Positions 47,786-61,100 of a DNA stretch of 64,000 nt are shown here, one piece after another. Position 1 is the first letter of the stretch. Every line of letters begins with the position of its first letter. Both the position numbers and the translations under genes were made by a program. The notes beneath the pieces are model-generated. The model saw only the letters and a program-made list of their open reading frames with translations, was not told the origin of the DNA and did not search any database. The stretch comes from Gekko japonicus (taxonomy: Eukaryota). Location: NCBI RefSeq assembly GCF_001447785.1, contig NW_015173680.1, forward strand, positions 650,557 through 714,556. Reading direction: 5' to 3'.

Positions 47786-49063
47786 ACAAAATCTTTAATC
47801 CAGCCTTGCTAAGAATACTGGTTGTAAATGAAGTACGAAAAGGCCAGATAAATTAACATTAAAAACAATGGAAGGCACATAAGGAAACGGAACTTGCAAT
47901 TAACCTGCAAACAGGAAAACATCAAAAGTAGACCTGGACATGGGATCTGTGCTTCTCCTACCATGTGCAGGCAGCAGAGGGCACCAGACCATCTTGTACA
48001 CGCCAACTGAGTGGACATTACAGGGTGACCTGTGTGTGGTGGTATGTGTCATTCTTGTCCGCACACATTGTTTGCAGGGGTGAAGTGGGGTGGCCATGCA
48101 CCTACCCATGATTAAAGTGGATTATGTTTAGAGTACTCCGTATGTTATATATGTCCTTTAATAAAGAGTATGGGTGCAGAGCTGGCTCCAAACAGTTTAG
48201 CACCTGAGGCTGAAAATTCAAATGAACACACACAATAATCAATGTGAGGCACAGACCACTGATATGTTCTGCTGAAATTAATGGAAGTGGTGAATGCTGT
48301 TGAAATGAATGGAGCTTTTGCATGCTCTTGCTTTACAGCTCTGGTTCGTTTTCATTGGGGCTTTTGCAGGAGACTTTCCCAATGAATTGTGCCAATGGTG
48401 CACCAGATCCAGGGCCAATGAGGAGAGGACAAAGGGGAGAAAATTCTAGGGGGTCCATGGAACTGAGCAAACCATGTGACCCTTGCTCTGCTGCCCTGCA
48501 TGGCATCCAAAATCTGCCTGTGCACTGCCCAGAAATAAGCATCGGAGGCTGGGGGAAGCTCTTCTTCCTTCTTCAATTACATTAAATTTATTCCCCACCT
48601 TTCTGTTAAAAAGGAACACCCAAAGTTTCTAACACACATAATCACCTTGCTGTGTGACAAAAGGGCGGGTGGTGCCAGCTAAGGGGCAAGTCAGCCCATA
48701 TGCTGTGAACTCAGAAGTGCGTGTCATGAGAATGCAAGCTGTATCATGCCCAGAAAGAGGAGAGACGGTCAACCTTTGGTTATTCTTCCACTGCCCAAAC
48801 TGAGCACCGACAAGGGTAGCAGTTCCATGGTGAATAGTCCCCATTAACTGGATGTGTGAATGCCTCGTAGAGAGCCAGAATATCAAACGAGGATCGGAGA
48901 GACCCAGGTTCAAATTCCATACTCTGACCTGGAAGCTCACCTGATGACCTTGGGCCAGTCACTCTCTCAGCCTAACCTACCTCTCAGGGTTGTTGTTATG
49001 AGGAGAAAATGGAGTAGGGAGGAACAATGCTGTAAGCTGCTTTGGATCCCCACTGGGAAGAAA

Positions 49064-49307
49064 GGTAAAGGTAAAGGTTCCCTTGCTCGAAAGCCAGTCG
49101 ACTCCAACTCTAGGGTTGTGGTGCTCATCTCCATTTCAAAGCCGAAGAGCCAGCGTTGTCCGAAGACATTTCCGTGGTCATGTGGCCGGCATGACTAAAC
49201 ACCAAGGCGCACAGAACGCTGTTACCTTCCCACCGAAGTGGTACCTATTTATCTACTTGCAATTTCTTGCTTTCAAACTGCTAGGTTGGCAGGAGCTGGA
49301 ACTAGAG
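49064..49307 (-). mobile_element. Sauria SINE inserted in an older tRNA-SINE (~48860-49340)
   Basis: (AAAGGT)n tail on the + strand and TSD ACTGGGAAGAAA (49052-49063 / 49308-49319). Confidence 0.85.
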
Positions 49308-51358
49308 ACTGGGAAGAAAAGTGGGGTCTAAATATCTAAATAAAGATCTGAGAATCCAATTGCAACTTGGAGCTTCAAAGCAGCACATGGCGCGGGGTGG
49401 GGCTGTGCCCACAAGCACGAGGCTCATTGGTGGGGGGGCATTTCACTCCCTGCCCACCCTCCCTCACCAACTAAAGTCTTGCCAGAGTGACATCACAAAC
49501 CTCCCTGTGCCGGGATGCCAGTGTTCGATTCCTGCCCTGGTTTGCCCGCTGCAACTGTGAGTGTGCAGACTGGGGCAAGGTGTCCTTCCCTTGGGGTTGC
49601 TCCTCCTAGGCGATGAGGAGGGAATGAGGCTGGCTATCGGAGGACTGTCTGACTGGGAGGGGGGTGGCTGTCTGCACCGAGATTTTGCCTCCCTCCCTCC
49701 GCACCACCCTTGCCATTAGTTGGGCAGCCAGAGAGGAAGAGGGAGCTGTTGGCTGCGTCTGTAGCTGCTGCAAATTATCGGTTTCCTCCTGCTTCATTTA
49801 GCTGCTGCCGCTGCTCATCCCAGCCGTGGGTTGCGGAGGGAGGGAGGGGGAGAGACTGTCGGTCGCGGTGGCAACCAGCAGCAGCCAGGCTGAGATGCTG
49901 AGAGCAAGGATGGCGCCTCCAGGAAGGACAAACCTGCCCACAGCTGGGCCTGGTCTCCTCTGAAGGTAGGGTAGGCCTGTGGCAGGTGGACTGTCATTGC
50001 ACAAGGGCAGCCAGTGCAGGGGCAGGGGGCCTTGGTTATCTCTTTTTTAAAATACATGGCTAGGAGCAAAGGATTAGTCGTTTGGTGCCTGCAGGAGTGC
50101 CTGAGAGAGCAGGACTCCGATCTGGGTGCAAGAGGTGCAGCAGCGCAGGGCCTGTGCTTGCACATGATGCTCATGGTGAGATTTTTTCTCCCTAGCAAAA
50201 TAGGCAGTGGAGAAGAGAGTGATGCATGCGGGTGGATTCAGAAAGCTGTCTGTGGCTGTTCATAATTTCAGCATATTCTGTATGTGTGTGTGTCTAGCAA
50301 GGGCAAGTCCCCAAACTGCTTTCAGCATTCGAAATGTGCTAGAGAAAAGCCCATTTTTCTGGCCTCAACCCCCCAGCCCTCTTCTCCTATGCCTTTCAGA
50401 GCCTGGACCAGGAGCCCCCTTAAGCCAAGGTGACCTTAAGCTCCATATGAAGCCCCCTTGAAGCTGAGTCTTCCTTTGTGGACATGCAAGTGGCATCATG
50501 GACCTGCTAACCCAAGCAGCCTGTCTAGATGGATCCTGGCATTGGAACTGGGTCCTTTGACTCTTTATGCTGGGAGTGTTCAAGGCCCAGGATCTGTGTG
50601 GAGTGCTCAAAGGCAACTGATCCTCAGGGAGACAGGTTGTGAGCCCCAAGAAGTTATGGTTCATTGGTCCTCTGGATGGTGTGAAGGTTCTCCTTCAGAA
50701 CCCGTAGCTTTCTTACTGATGATCCTTCTTGTTGATCCTCCTTTTGAGAAGCTATCTGAACAGGTCTCAAATCAGAGCCACGCCTGTACCACTCAGGTGA
50801 CTGTCTGATTTCAGTAGGGCTTTCTGGTGTGCTGTGCTCCATGGGGCAAATCTGTCTGTCTCCTATCTGCTCTGATACTCTTAATGATGCAAACACCCAC
50901 CACTTCAGACAGTGACCGAGTCCTTTGCCTCTGTTTTTGGCTAGTGGAAATGAGGAGGTGCTTTGCACAGTAAGGTGATGGGCAATTTGCTCTCAGGCTG
51001 GTAGTGACAGCAGTATAAGAAGGAACGCCTGATATCTGCTCAGTCAAAATGGGATGCAGTGGGGGCTTCTCAGTTCCAGCTATTGTAAGTGTATTTTGGA
51101 TTGCCACTTCAACCTTCTGCTTTCTTGTGGAATGCCTGGAGCCCCAGGTCCCAGAGCTAGAACGCATCCAGGCTGATGTGCTGTGAACTTGGGTACTGTG
51201 CTAATTGGGGACCCCTATTATGGGATGCCCCAGCCAGGGAAGAGCCTTCAGTCATTTTTAAATCCAAAATTCATTGTAACTCAAAAAGTGCAAACTGCTG
51301 ACCACACCCAAACTGTCCTGCATCTTATTGATCTACAGGTGTGAAAACCAGAAAGGGA

Positions 51359-51548
51359 GCCCATGGTTTCTGAATATCAGTTGAGGCCATGCAGGAAGCT
51401 GCATTTAGAACTGCTCAACAACTTTCCTGTGCTTTCTAATATACATGTGATTCGCCCATGGTTTCTGAATATCAGTTGAGGCCATGCAGGAAGCTGTATT
51501 CAGAGCTGCTCAACAACTTTCCTGTGCTTTATAATATACATGTGATTC
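51359..51548. repeat. Two-copy 95-bp tandem duplication
   Basis: gcccatggtttctgaatatc...catgtgattc occurs twice, with few substitutions. Confidence 0.9.
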
Positions 51549-52399
51549 CGGACGTGGAAAAAGATAGGACAAGCTTGTATGCCAAAGAAAAGAAGGAAGG
51601 TCTTGCAAAGATCTCAGCTTTGGCACAGCGCCTCAAATTCTGTGAACACCACATTTGCAAAAGAGGCTGATCAGGCTGAGACCTTGTTTTCCTTCTTGCT
51701 TGCAGATGGAGTTTTTGCAAATTCCTTTTGCCTGCTACTTACTCGAACAGACTAATATTCACCTGAACCACAGGGAAGTCTGGAGGGATGAGTATGTGAG
51801 GTGGCTGGGCTGCCCTTTCCCAAAACAGGAAGAAGAGGGGGACATAATTTTAACCCCAGTGGCTTTAGCTCGGTTTGGCATAAAAAGAGGGCTTTAGAGC
51901 ATGTGCAGTATTCTTCACTAGTGAATAACCACAGTATACCTGACCAGTGGTTTGTTTTTGTTGCATCACAGCTACTTGTGGGGCTGCTTTGATTCCATGA
52001 CAGTTATATAGGTTTTAGGTGCCTCTGTATAATTACCTTGGGTTATAAATGTCTTAAATGAACAAATGTCCAGGTCAGAAGAGGCAATCCCCCAGTATTC
52101 TTGCTTGCGCTCTGGTGCTTCTGGCTTTAGAACTCAAGTGAGCATTGATGGAAGGTGTGCTGGGGTCTTAATTATTATAGTAGATCACTGGGGCGTAATG
52201 AAGAAGATAGCTTTGTATTTCTTGGAAATGATTAAATCTGGAGATGGAAACAGACCTCACCCCTGGAAGCTGCCTCGTCGTATTTCTAAAGGAGTGCATC
52301 TGAGCATGTGCAGGCAGGCTTTCGCCTCCTCCGGGTTGACCACACCCTGCCCCACACCGTTGCAATGTGGGGAGGCTTCCTTCCAGTCCCGGCACCTTT

Positions 52400-54430
52400 C
52401 TTCTCCGAAACAAAGCAGGCCTTGGCAGCCCACAGCCCGGGCTCTGCCAGCTTGCGATGGGGGGCGGGGTAGGGGGGGTTCCTATGCACGTGGTGTCTGC
52501 CGGCCATCTCGCGGGTGGGGGGAGACAGGTGCTTGGGCCCGATCCTCAGACCCGGAGGGCAGCGCGGCCAGTCAGGGGCTGCCTGGCTCTCTCCTTCCCC
52601 GCCGCTCCCCCCGGCTGCTCCCCGGGCCTTGCCTCCAGCCGGGCGCGCCCCAATCCTGCTTCGTCACCGCGCCGCTCGCTCCGTCTCCTCTCCTGCGTTC
52701 CCGAGCGGCCAGCAGCGCCAGCCCAGCCGCGCTGGAGGGGGCGGGCAGAGGGAGGTGGCGGCGCGGGAGAGGCGCCTCTGGTCTCGCGCGCGCCCGGAGC
52801 GGCCGCCTTTGCCGTCGGTGCTCGGCGCGGTCCGTCTCTGTCTGCCTGTGTGCCCCGTGGGCCGGCCGGCCGCTCTGCGCCCGAGGGAGGGGCTCGCCCT
52901 TGCTGCTGCCGCCGCGGGCCCGGCTTGGTAAGTGGCGACGTCTCGACTGGGCGTGGAAGCGAAGCCGCAGCGCCGCGCTTTGGGGAGAGGTGGCGAAGCC
53001 CCCTTTCGGGGCCAGGAGGCGCCGCGGCCTTAGCCGAGCTGGCGCAGAGGCAGGAGGAGCTGCTGCCCCGGTTGGATTTCCACCTGTCCTAGAGCGCTGG
53101 CTGGCCGGGCGGCCGGGGGGGTGGGAGAGAGAAGGAGGAGGCTGCGGTTGCCTTTTGGGAAGGGGGCGGACGGGGCTGCCTCTCGGTCCCTGCGCGCTGT
53201 TCCTCTGGCCCCGTCGTCGCCTCTCTGCCTTCGCTCCTGTTCGTATTCCCTCGCTCCGTCCCGTCTGTAGGGGGCAGCTGGCCGAGGGACGGGCCAAGCG
53301 GCCCCAGGAGCCTCGCCGCCGGGGCCCTGCCCTGCTCGAGGGGGTTCTCCCGAGGCTGGGTGCCCGAGCTTGCTTTGCGCGCCACCGGTCGGGGGAAGGA
53401 GCCAGCAGGTCACCTCCGGATTTCGGCGTGTGGGTGTCAAACGCCCAGGGGGTCTCCCCCGTACTGCGGGGGCCGTGCCGGAGGGCGGCGTTTCATCACC
53501 TCCCATTTTCCTCCAGCCCTTTCGCTGCCGGCAGAGGGAGAGAGGAGCCCGGCCAGAAACAACGTTGGCAGCAGAGCTTTGAGGGAAGTTGGAGGTTCCG
53601 AGGGCGCGTCCAGCTCCGGGCTTTCCCGAGTGGGCCCCCAACGCCAGGTCGCGTCTTCACTTCCTCCAGGAGAGGCGGTGGCTGAGCCGGCCGTGTGTCC
53701 CGTCGCCGGGGGCCAGATCAGCCTGCTGACGTTACTTGGGGTCCGGGGGGGGGCTTTCCCCGTCAAAACGTAGTCCCGCCGATCCCGGAGGCCCGTCGGG
53801 TTTCGCAGCATGGAGCGGGAGTCTCCCCCGCTTCCCCCGTCAAAACGTAGCCCCGCCGATCCCGGAGGCCCGTCGGGTTTCGCAGCATGGCTCAGCACCC
53901 GCCCTCCTTCTTCGACGACGTCCAGCAGGTGCCTCGGCTGGGCGTCGGCCGGCCCTTCTCCAAGCGCGCCAGTTCCGCGCACCGCCAAGCCTTCCTGGGA
54001 GGCTCGGGAAAGGAGCCGCAAATGGCTCCGACGCCGGAGCTCGGTTGCGCGCTGACGAGGCGGGCGCCCGTCGGGGACGCCTCCTGATCGGTCGCGCCGC
54101 TGTCGGGGCCTGGGGAGGCGCGCTTGGCTGCGAGGTGGCCTCCGCCCTGCCCTGCCTTGGCGCGGCTTTGGCTCCTTGTGACCTGCGAGGCGGGAGCTCG
54201 GAGCACGCCAGCCAAGCCGGCACAAAAGCCTTTGCACCGCTGAAACTCTGGCTCGGGGGCCCTGGGAGTGGGTTTGCTCTTCGCGCTGTTTTCTGGGGTT
54301 GCGCCCTTCAGACACAGGGCGGCGGGGCGTGTTTCTCAGACTTCGAGCCCTGCCCCCGACGAGTTGAGTCTGAATGCCGGCAGGAAAGGAGCGACGGGAG
54401 AGGCTGCCGGGCCAAGCAGAGGAGGATGGC
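52400..54430 (+). promoter_or_regulatory. Large CpG island with a candidate non-coding first exon ending at 52927
   Basis: Very high CpG and a strong donor TG|GTAAGT at 52927/52928. The downstream gene is probably DMTN, by synteny only. Confidence 0.65.
53757..53890. repeat. ~57-bp direct repeat (period ~77 bp) within the CpG island
   Basis: tccccgtcaaaacgtag.cccgccgatcccggaggcccgtcgggtttcgcagcatgg occurs twice. Confidence 0.85.
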
Positions 54431-55340
54431 ATGAAGGCGCTGCCAAACGTCTCTCGCTCCCAGGCCTGACCTCCTCATCTTCCTCCAAGGAGCTCCCAAC
54501 ATTTCCACTTGAGCGTGGAGGGAGGGGAACAATTTCAGGGTGTGCCTGGGAGGGTCTGGCTAAAGCTTTCTTCCAGTCTTGTTTTGCCTCTGATTCCCCA
54601 CCCCCCCCCAAAAAAAAACCCCAATCCGGCTGTCTTTTTCTTCTAAAAGGAGAAATTGGCAGGCAAGTGGGACCCCTTCACACCTGCTGTTTCTCCACAT
54701 TAAACGACCTCCATACAGTCCACCTGGACCATCTGAGGAGCTCAGATCTGAGCTCAGGGCTCCACCACCTGAAGCTCCCTGCACCCTAGATGCACACTGT
54801 CCTGGACATTCTCTCCGTCTGATCCACCAAGCAGCTGTTTTTGGGCTGACAGGGTTGGGTTTGTCTCCCTCCAAGCCTTGGGTGGCTCTTGTGGGTCTTC
54901 TGGGAGGCACAGACTTCCTCTGGTCTCAGAGCAAACTGTTATTGTGTCCCCTGTGTGGAATGGTGATTTGGTGTATATATAGGGGGAAAGGCACTCCAGA
55001 GTGGATTCAGGCTCTTAAACGCACTTGCCACAATAAATGTGGTCATCTTTAAAGCTCCACCAGACTCTTTGGGTTTGTAAGCACAGTGTCCCTCTGCACA
55101 GTTAGCAAGCTGAGTTAGTCCTTCTAGGGGGGAAGATACAAAGTGAGGGAGGATGAACAAATACAGGGTTGTGTACAAAATATGCACATCAGAAGCGGGA
55201 ACTCTGATTCCTCTGGGGTATCGCTGTTGACTGCCTTACTGAGGTGTGCCTGCTGTGAGTGGAGCTGGGTTCCTAACGCACGGTAGCTGGGGAACCTCAG
55301 GATCCTCTCTGGGTGGCTTTTTTGTGGGGGTCTGGGGCCA

Positions 55341-55964
55341 TGTTTGGTACCTTTCCTGGGGTTCCTTCCGGCTACGCTTCGTGAGCCGTTAGAAGTCTTT
55401 TGTATTGTCTGTGACAGATGAGCAGCATTTGAGAAGCATCCACCTCCTGCAGCTGAGAGGAAAGGTCTCGTAATGCGTGAGACCAGTTAGCTTGGCATAA
55501 GAGGACACAAGGAACAGGATACATTCACATAGGAGAAATAAGGCCAGCAGTGGCCCATGCAGCCCAGTATAATCCGTCCTGACTGCTTTCCTTGCAGTCC
55601 CCAGCATCTACAGCTAAAAGCAACAGGTACCAGATAACAATGTACCTGATGCTCTGTTTGGTACCTTTCCCGGGGTTCCTTCCAGCTACGCTTCGTGAGC
55701 CCTTAGAAGTCTTTCGTATTGTCTGTGACAGATGAGCAGCACTTGAGAAGCATCCACCTCCTGCAGCTGAGAGGAAAGGTCTCGTAATGCGTGAAACCAG
55801 TTAGCTTGGCATAGGACACAAGGAACAGGATACATTCACATAGGAGAAATAAGGCCAGCAGTGGCCCATGCAGCCCAGTATAATCCGTCCTGACTGCTTT
55901 CCTTGCAGTCCCCAGCATCTACAGCTAAAAGCAACAGGTACCAGATAACAATGTACCTGATGCT
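55341..55964. repeat. Two-copy ~312-bp tandem duplication
   Basis: Units 55341-55653 and 55655-55964. The duplicated ORFs 55389-55607 and 55703-55918 are nearly identical. Confidence 0.92.
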
Positions 55965-56039
55965 GAGACCTGGGAGAGCCACTGCCAGACATAGTGGCCA
56001 ATACTGATCTTGACAGAACAGTGCCCTGACTCAGTATGA

Positions 56040-57110
56040 GGCAGACTCATCATGTGTTCCGGTGTTTTTCTTAGCCCTTACCCAGCTGTTATCCAGGCAA
56101 ATATGACGTGACTGCTGAGCTCTGCCCCTTCTCTGTGATCCATAACCCTCCTGGGTCTCTGTTTAAAGCCGAAAGAAGCACTGGCAGAGGTGGAAATGAC
56201 TGTGGCATACAGTTTGGTCTAGGTGCTCAAGAAAAATGGGTTGGCAAGAGGGAGGGCAGGCACAGGTAGTAGGAAAACAGCTGAAGTTGTGTGTGTCTTC
56301 GGGGTATCAACCATGTGGTAACTTTAATATGCAGCACAAGAGTTGAGACACACTGGCTGCACATTGTGAACAAATTCTCACTAATTAAGAAGAAATGTTT
56401 AGTTAAAAGGATTTCATACCAACAAGTGATATGCACAACTGTTTTGTTGCCAGCTCACCAGCACAACTGTTTTGTTGCCAGCTCTGACTTTCTCTTGAGT
56501 TCAGAACAAGTGGTGCAGGGCCATTCTTGATGTTTCTGGTGATGTCAGGGGGTGTGGCATATGCAAATGAGTTATGCTAATGAGCTCCTGCACATCTTTT
56601 TCTACCAAATGACCCCTGGGCAGACTCATCATGTGTTCTGGTGTTTTTCTTAGCCCTTACCCAAGCCAGCAGTTATCCAGGCAAATATGACGTGTCTGCT
56701 GAGCTCTGCCCCTTCTCTGTGATCCATAACCCTCCTGGGTCTCTGTTTAAAGCCGAAAGAAGCACTGGCAGAGGTGGAAATGACTGTGGCATACAGTTTG
56801 GTCTAGGTGCTCAAGAAAAATGGGTTGGCAAGAGGGAGGGCAGGCACAGGTAGTAGGAAAACAGCTGAAGTTGTGTGTGTCTTCGGGGTATCAACCATGT
56901 GGTAATTTTAATATGCAACGCAAGAGTTGAGACACACTGGCTGCACATTGTGAACAAATTCTCACTAATTAAGAAGAAATGTTTAGTTAAAAGGATTTCA
57001 TACCAACAAGTGATATGCACAACCATTTTGTTGCCAGCTCACCACCATGAGAAGGCAGCTCTGACTTTCTCTCGAGTTCAGAACAAGTGGTGCAGGGCCA
57101 TTCTTGATGT
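56040..57110. repeat. Two-copy ~490-bp duplication with an 85-bp spacer
   Basis: Units ~56040-56533 and ~56619-57110. The duplicated ORFs 56291-56530 and 56875-57117 are nearly identical. Confidence 0.92.
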
Positions 57111-60100
57111 GGGGTAACCTCAAGCCTAGACTATTTGTTGCCTTGTAGATGTGGGACTGTCCTGGAAAACTGTTTGAATGCTTCAGTTGCTTTGCTTTAG
57201 TCCACCTGCTGGGTGGGGCCTGAGGGGCGTATGTTACCCAGCATACCAGCATCTTCGTTGTTTTCCAGTCACACTTCAGGGTGCCTGTTTTATTTTACAG
57301 AGTTGTGGGGCCAAGGGGTTTCAGACTTTGAACACTGGATTCCCCTCTTCACCCTGTTGCATTATCCATGATCTTCCAAGAGGAAATTACTTTATCCCAG
57401 CCAGCCATGATAAATCAAGCCTATGTATGTGGGAAATGCATGGAGACGTTCTGACATTTTCGAAGCCCTCTGTTGAAAGCATTTCTAAGAAGCAACATAA
57501 GACCGTGTCGTATCAGGCTTTGGATGTCCATTGCTAAGAACGAGGAATCCCAAACTGGAATTTTGTTTAGTTTTCGATCTGGCAGGTTATCTTATTCCCT
57601 CAGGTTTATTATTGTGGCTTTGTGAGCAGAATGGCCTGCCCCAAGGCCTCAGGATGCAGAGCGTTATATTAATGTGACTTAATGGTAGCATGTAGTGGCC
57701 AATGCAGCTTCCACGTGGTCGTTTTTTTCTTAAATCAAATCTATGTGTTTCCCTCAGTCCATATGTGTTTGTGAAAGAGCCATCATTCTGCATTATATCC
57801 AGCAATCCAATCTCCATCCCTAGGAAATATAAGCATAATTTCCCTTTGTACTCTAATTCTCAAGTTTATGGTGAAGGATAGAACAACAAATGGCATTCAG
57901 CAGTGAAAGTTAAATGGAGCCTCCATAGCCAATAGCAGACTACTTCTCAGTGCCAGTTGAAAATGAGGAAAGCTACCAGCTTCTCAGAAGCAGAATGTTT
58001 GCTGAGTCCCTATGCATAATGAGCCTCTGTATAGCTATGCATGGATCTTGTCCAGAATATCAGACTAGGTACACTGAGCCTTCATCCCACAGGACAATTC
58101 TGATCTGTCTTGCAACAGGAGTAGTGTGGTGCACTTCCTGCACATTCAAAACATCCAACTCACATTGTGCTTGTTTTGGGGTACAGAGAGCATGGAGTTG
58201 CCCCAGGACTGGCAGACTGACAGTGAGGACTTTTGAAACATCCAATAAAGGTGTCTAATGCTCAGGGGAGCGTAATAAGATGCAATGGAAAAAAGGAGTA
58301 GGCAAGATATTTAATTTGCTGAAGAAACTCACAGTTACCATTAAAGTACTTCCTCGTAGCCTTGCCACTTGTGTTCTGAGCATCAAGAGAGTAGTGTGCT
58401 CGCCATGGAAGAGCCACAGGAAAAACAGCACAAAAGTTGGCAACTTTTTACATACTGACTGCCCCATACATGAACTTGCTGATGCTCAACTAAGATCACA
58501 CTGCTGGTCTAGAAGAATCACTGAATTGGGTAAAGAGCCACAGGAGAAGTGAGAATAGCTGCTTTGCTCAGTGGTTCCACTCTTGGGCCGTAGTTACCCA
58601 GTGGGAAGGGTCAGGGTTACATGCACAAAGGTGCCTTAGCTCTTGTCTGCACAAAAGGAACAATGCCCAGCTTCCCTGCAGTTTAGGGGCATTAGGGATG
58701 CATGAAGCCTAATAAGTGTTTAAGTGGGACAGTAGAATAGCAGAGCCAACCAGCCCTGCAAAGATTAAGGGAAAGGAGTCTCAGCAGGCATCAATGTGAA
58801 CGTGTTGGAGGATATGTTGGAGGGAGGTGGCTGGTAATGTGGTTTAGCCCAGAATGGAGCTACATAAGTGCCCTAATCTGTATTTTGGGCACCTCTTTGC
58901 CGTTGCCTTGCTACAAAGACATTTAGGAAATGTCATCCTGCTCTCAGCTCTTCCATGTTCCGGACATTCAGATCCAGAGTTTTGGGACAACAGCACTGAA
59001 ACTGGCTTGCCAGGAAGCTGGTAGGGAAGGTTGAAAGGTCTGTTTTTTCCCACCCTGCATGCTTCACTAATGCAGCTTGGACACAGACACAGACGCACAC
59101 ATGCTGGGTGCCAAGACTGGACAGGGAAGCCAGCAGTCGGCTGATAACATTGTGCCAGAAGGACTCCTGAGAATGTATTAGGGGGGGGGGGAATGTTGTC
59201 TGCTGGAGGATCTGAATTGCCTTTGTGTGTGCAAGGACTTGATGATTTCTTCCCTGCTTGCCTCCCATTTGTTAAAGGTAAATGTGGTTCCATTCTGTAC
59301 AAAAGAAAGCCAAATTCTTTGCCATAAGAATGTAAGGCAATGATTTACATTATGCCAAATAGCTGTCATTGTGCATATCACCATAAACTTCTGCTCTTCT
59401 GTGCTCCAGATGTTTGGATGCAGCATATCCAAAGGGCCAAAGCCTCCCTTCTCTGCCTTACCAGGTCTTCCTCTTCTGACCCCCCAGCACGGAATGGTGG
59501 ACTCTGGGAATCTTTGCCCAGTGCCTCATCTGCCAGCTCTGGCCATTAAGCTGGGACGAATTCCAGTGGGTGATAGGAGAGAGATCCTGCCACTAAGATC
59601 TGAGGAGTGCAGAACTGATGGCATTTTTACAGAAGCACTGGTAGAAGTATTAGAAATTATTGGTTGTTTTAAATTGATTTGGAGCCTCACCAGGTTCTCT
59701 GGCAACTATTAAGCATTTCAAGTGGAGAAGAGGCAAGGTGTTGTGCGTCTTGGCATGACTGCAGGTCACTTGGGTGCTCTCTGGGAGAGGAGGCAGGTTG
59801 GTCAGGCTGTGAGGTACTGACAGTTTCCATGGCTCTGCCCAGGCAGATGGCTCCACATCCCTATGTTAAGCCTTGGCGAATCCTTGGACTCTAATAGCCT
59901 TTTTGTTGCGCAGGCTGTTTTCCTTCTGGTTCCCATTGGAGGAGCACGTTGTCAATTCAAGGAGGGGGAGAGGCTGCCAGGATCCTGTCATGGCTTCTGC
60001 ACCCAGGCTGTGTTGAACCTGGCCACGGTCAGGCGTCCCTTTAGTTTTGCAGCCCCAATTCTGCCAGTCGGGGACAGTATCTCCCCACACACACCTCGTC

Positions 60101-60399
60101 TGACATGCACAGTGAGCAGGCTAATCCCATTTTAATCTGGGATTACACATCACGTGTCCCTCCTCCCTGTCAAATCCAAACTGCAGCTTGGTTTCCTCTC
60201 CAGATCCAAGCCAAGCCAAGGGAATGCTCTGAGCTCCCTGGCTGGGAGAGAACCTTCCCCGCTCTGTGAACTGTGCTGCCGACTGCTAGTTTGCGTGGCC
60301 GATGGTCTTTGGTATCCAAATTAGGGATATGGAAGAGCCAAAGGGTGCCCCCCATACCCAGTAGAGAAGACCACAAGGCACAGGGACGTTCTTCCGCAT

Positions 60400-61100
60400 T
60401 CGTCCTACTGAACGGCCTCTTGCATTGGTTTAAGTGGGCCTGCGCAAGGGAGCGGGGGGGGGGTGTCCGCGCCCCACGAGGCGGCTTTGCGACCTTTAAC
60501 AGCCACTTCATCCGGACCCTCTGGGACGAGGCCTTCCCCGGCAGCAAGTAGGGTTTGGACAATCTCACAGGCCCTTCGTGGTTGTAGGTCAAGGCGCCGC
60601 CGCCGCCTCCTTCTTGCAATGGGGGGGGGGGTGCGTAGAGAGAGAGAGAGAAGAAGAAGCTGCAGGGAAGCCCGTTTTACGCGCGGTAGCTGCTGGCCAG
60701 AAGCCGGGGCGCAGCGCCTCGCCCGCTGCTGGGAGTTGCTTGGAAAGCTTGTTGGAAAGGGCTGTTGAGCGCGAGAGAGGGAGGAAAGAGCGGTGGCTTC
60801 TCTCGGAGCCCTCCCCTCCCCTTCCCGGGTCAATTCCGCTGGAAGCTTCCGCGGCCCCCCATTGCAGCCGGCCAATTCTGGCAGGTCAGGAACTGGACGG
60901 ATTAGCCCCGCCCCGCGCTCCCAGAGCAGATGGCGGGGCGAGAAGGGAGGGAAAGTGGCGAGTCTTGCTCCGGCCGCTCGCAGCTGCTGGATTAACCTCA
61001 CCCTACCTCTCTCCCGGGTGTTGCAGCCGCAACGTGACCCGCCAAGGCGAACGCGGCCCAGCAGCCATTTCCTCCGGCCTGCCAGGGGGGCTTCACAGGC
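60400..61100 (+). promoter_or_regulatory. CpG island, candidate alternative promoter
   Basis: GC/CpG-rich with a GA-repeat and a possible donor AG|GTCAGG at 60884/60885. Confidence 0.5.

Noticed and set aside
52066-53685. 539-aa ORF and overlapping long ORFs to 54434
   Set aside because: R/G/A/P-rich and open in several frames on both strands, as expected from stop-codon depletion in a CpG island. No recognisable domain.
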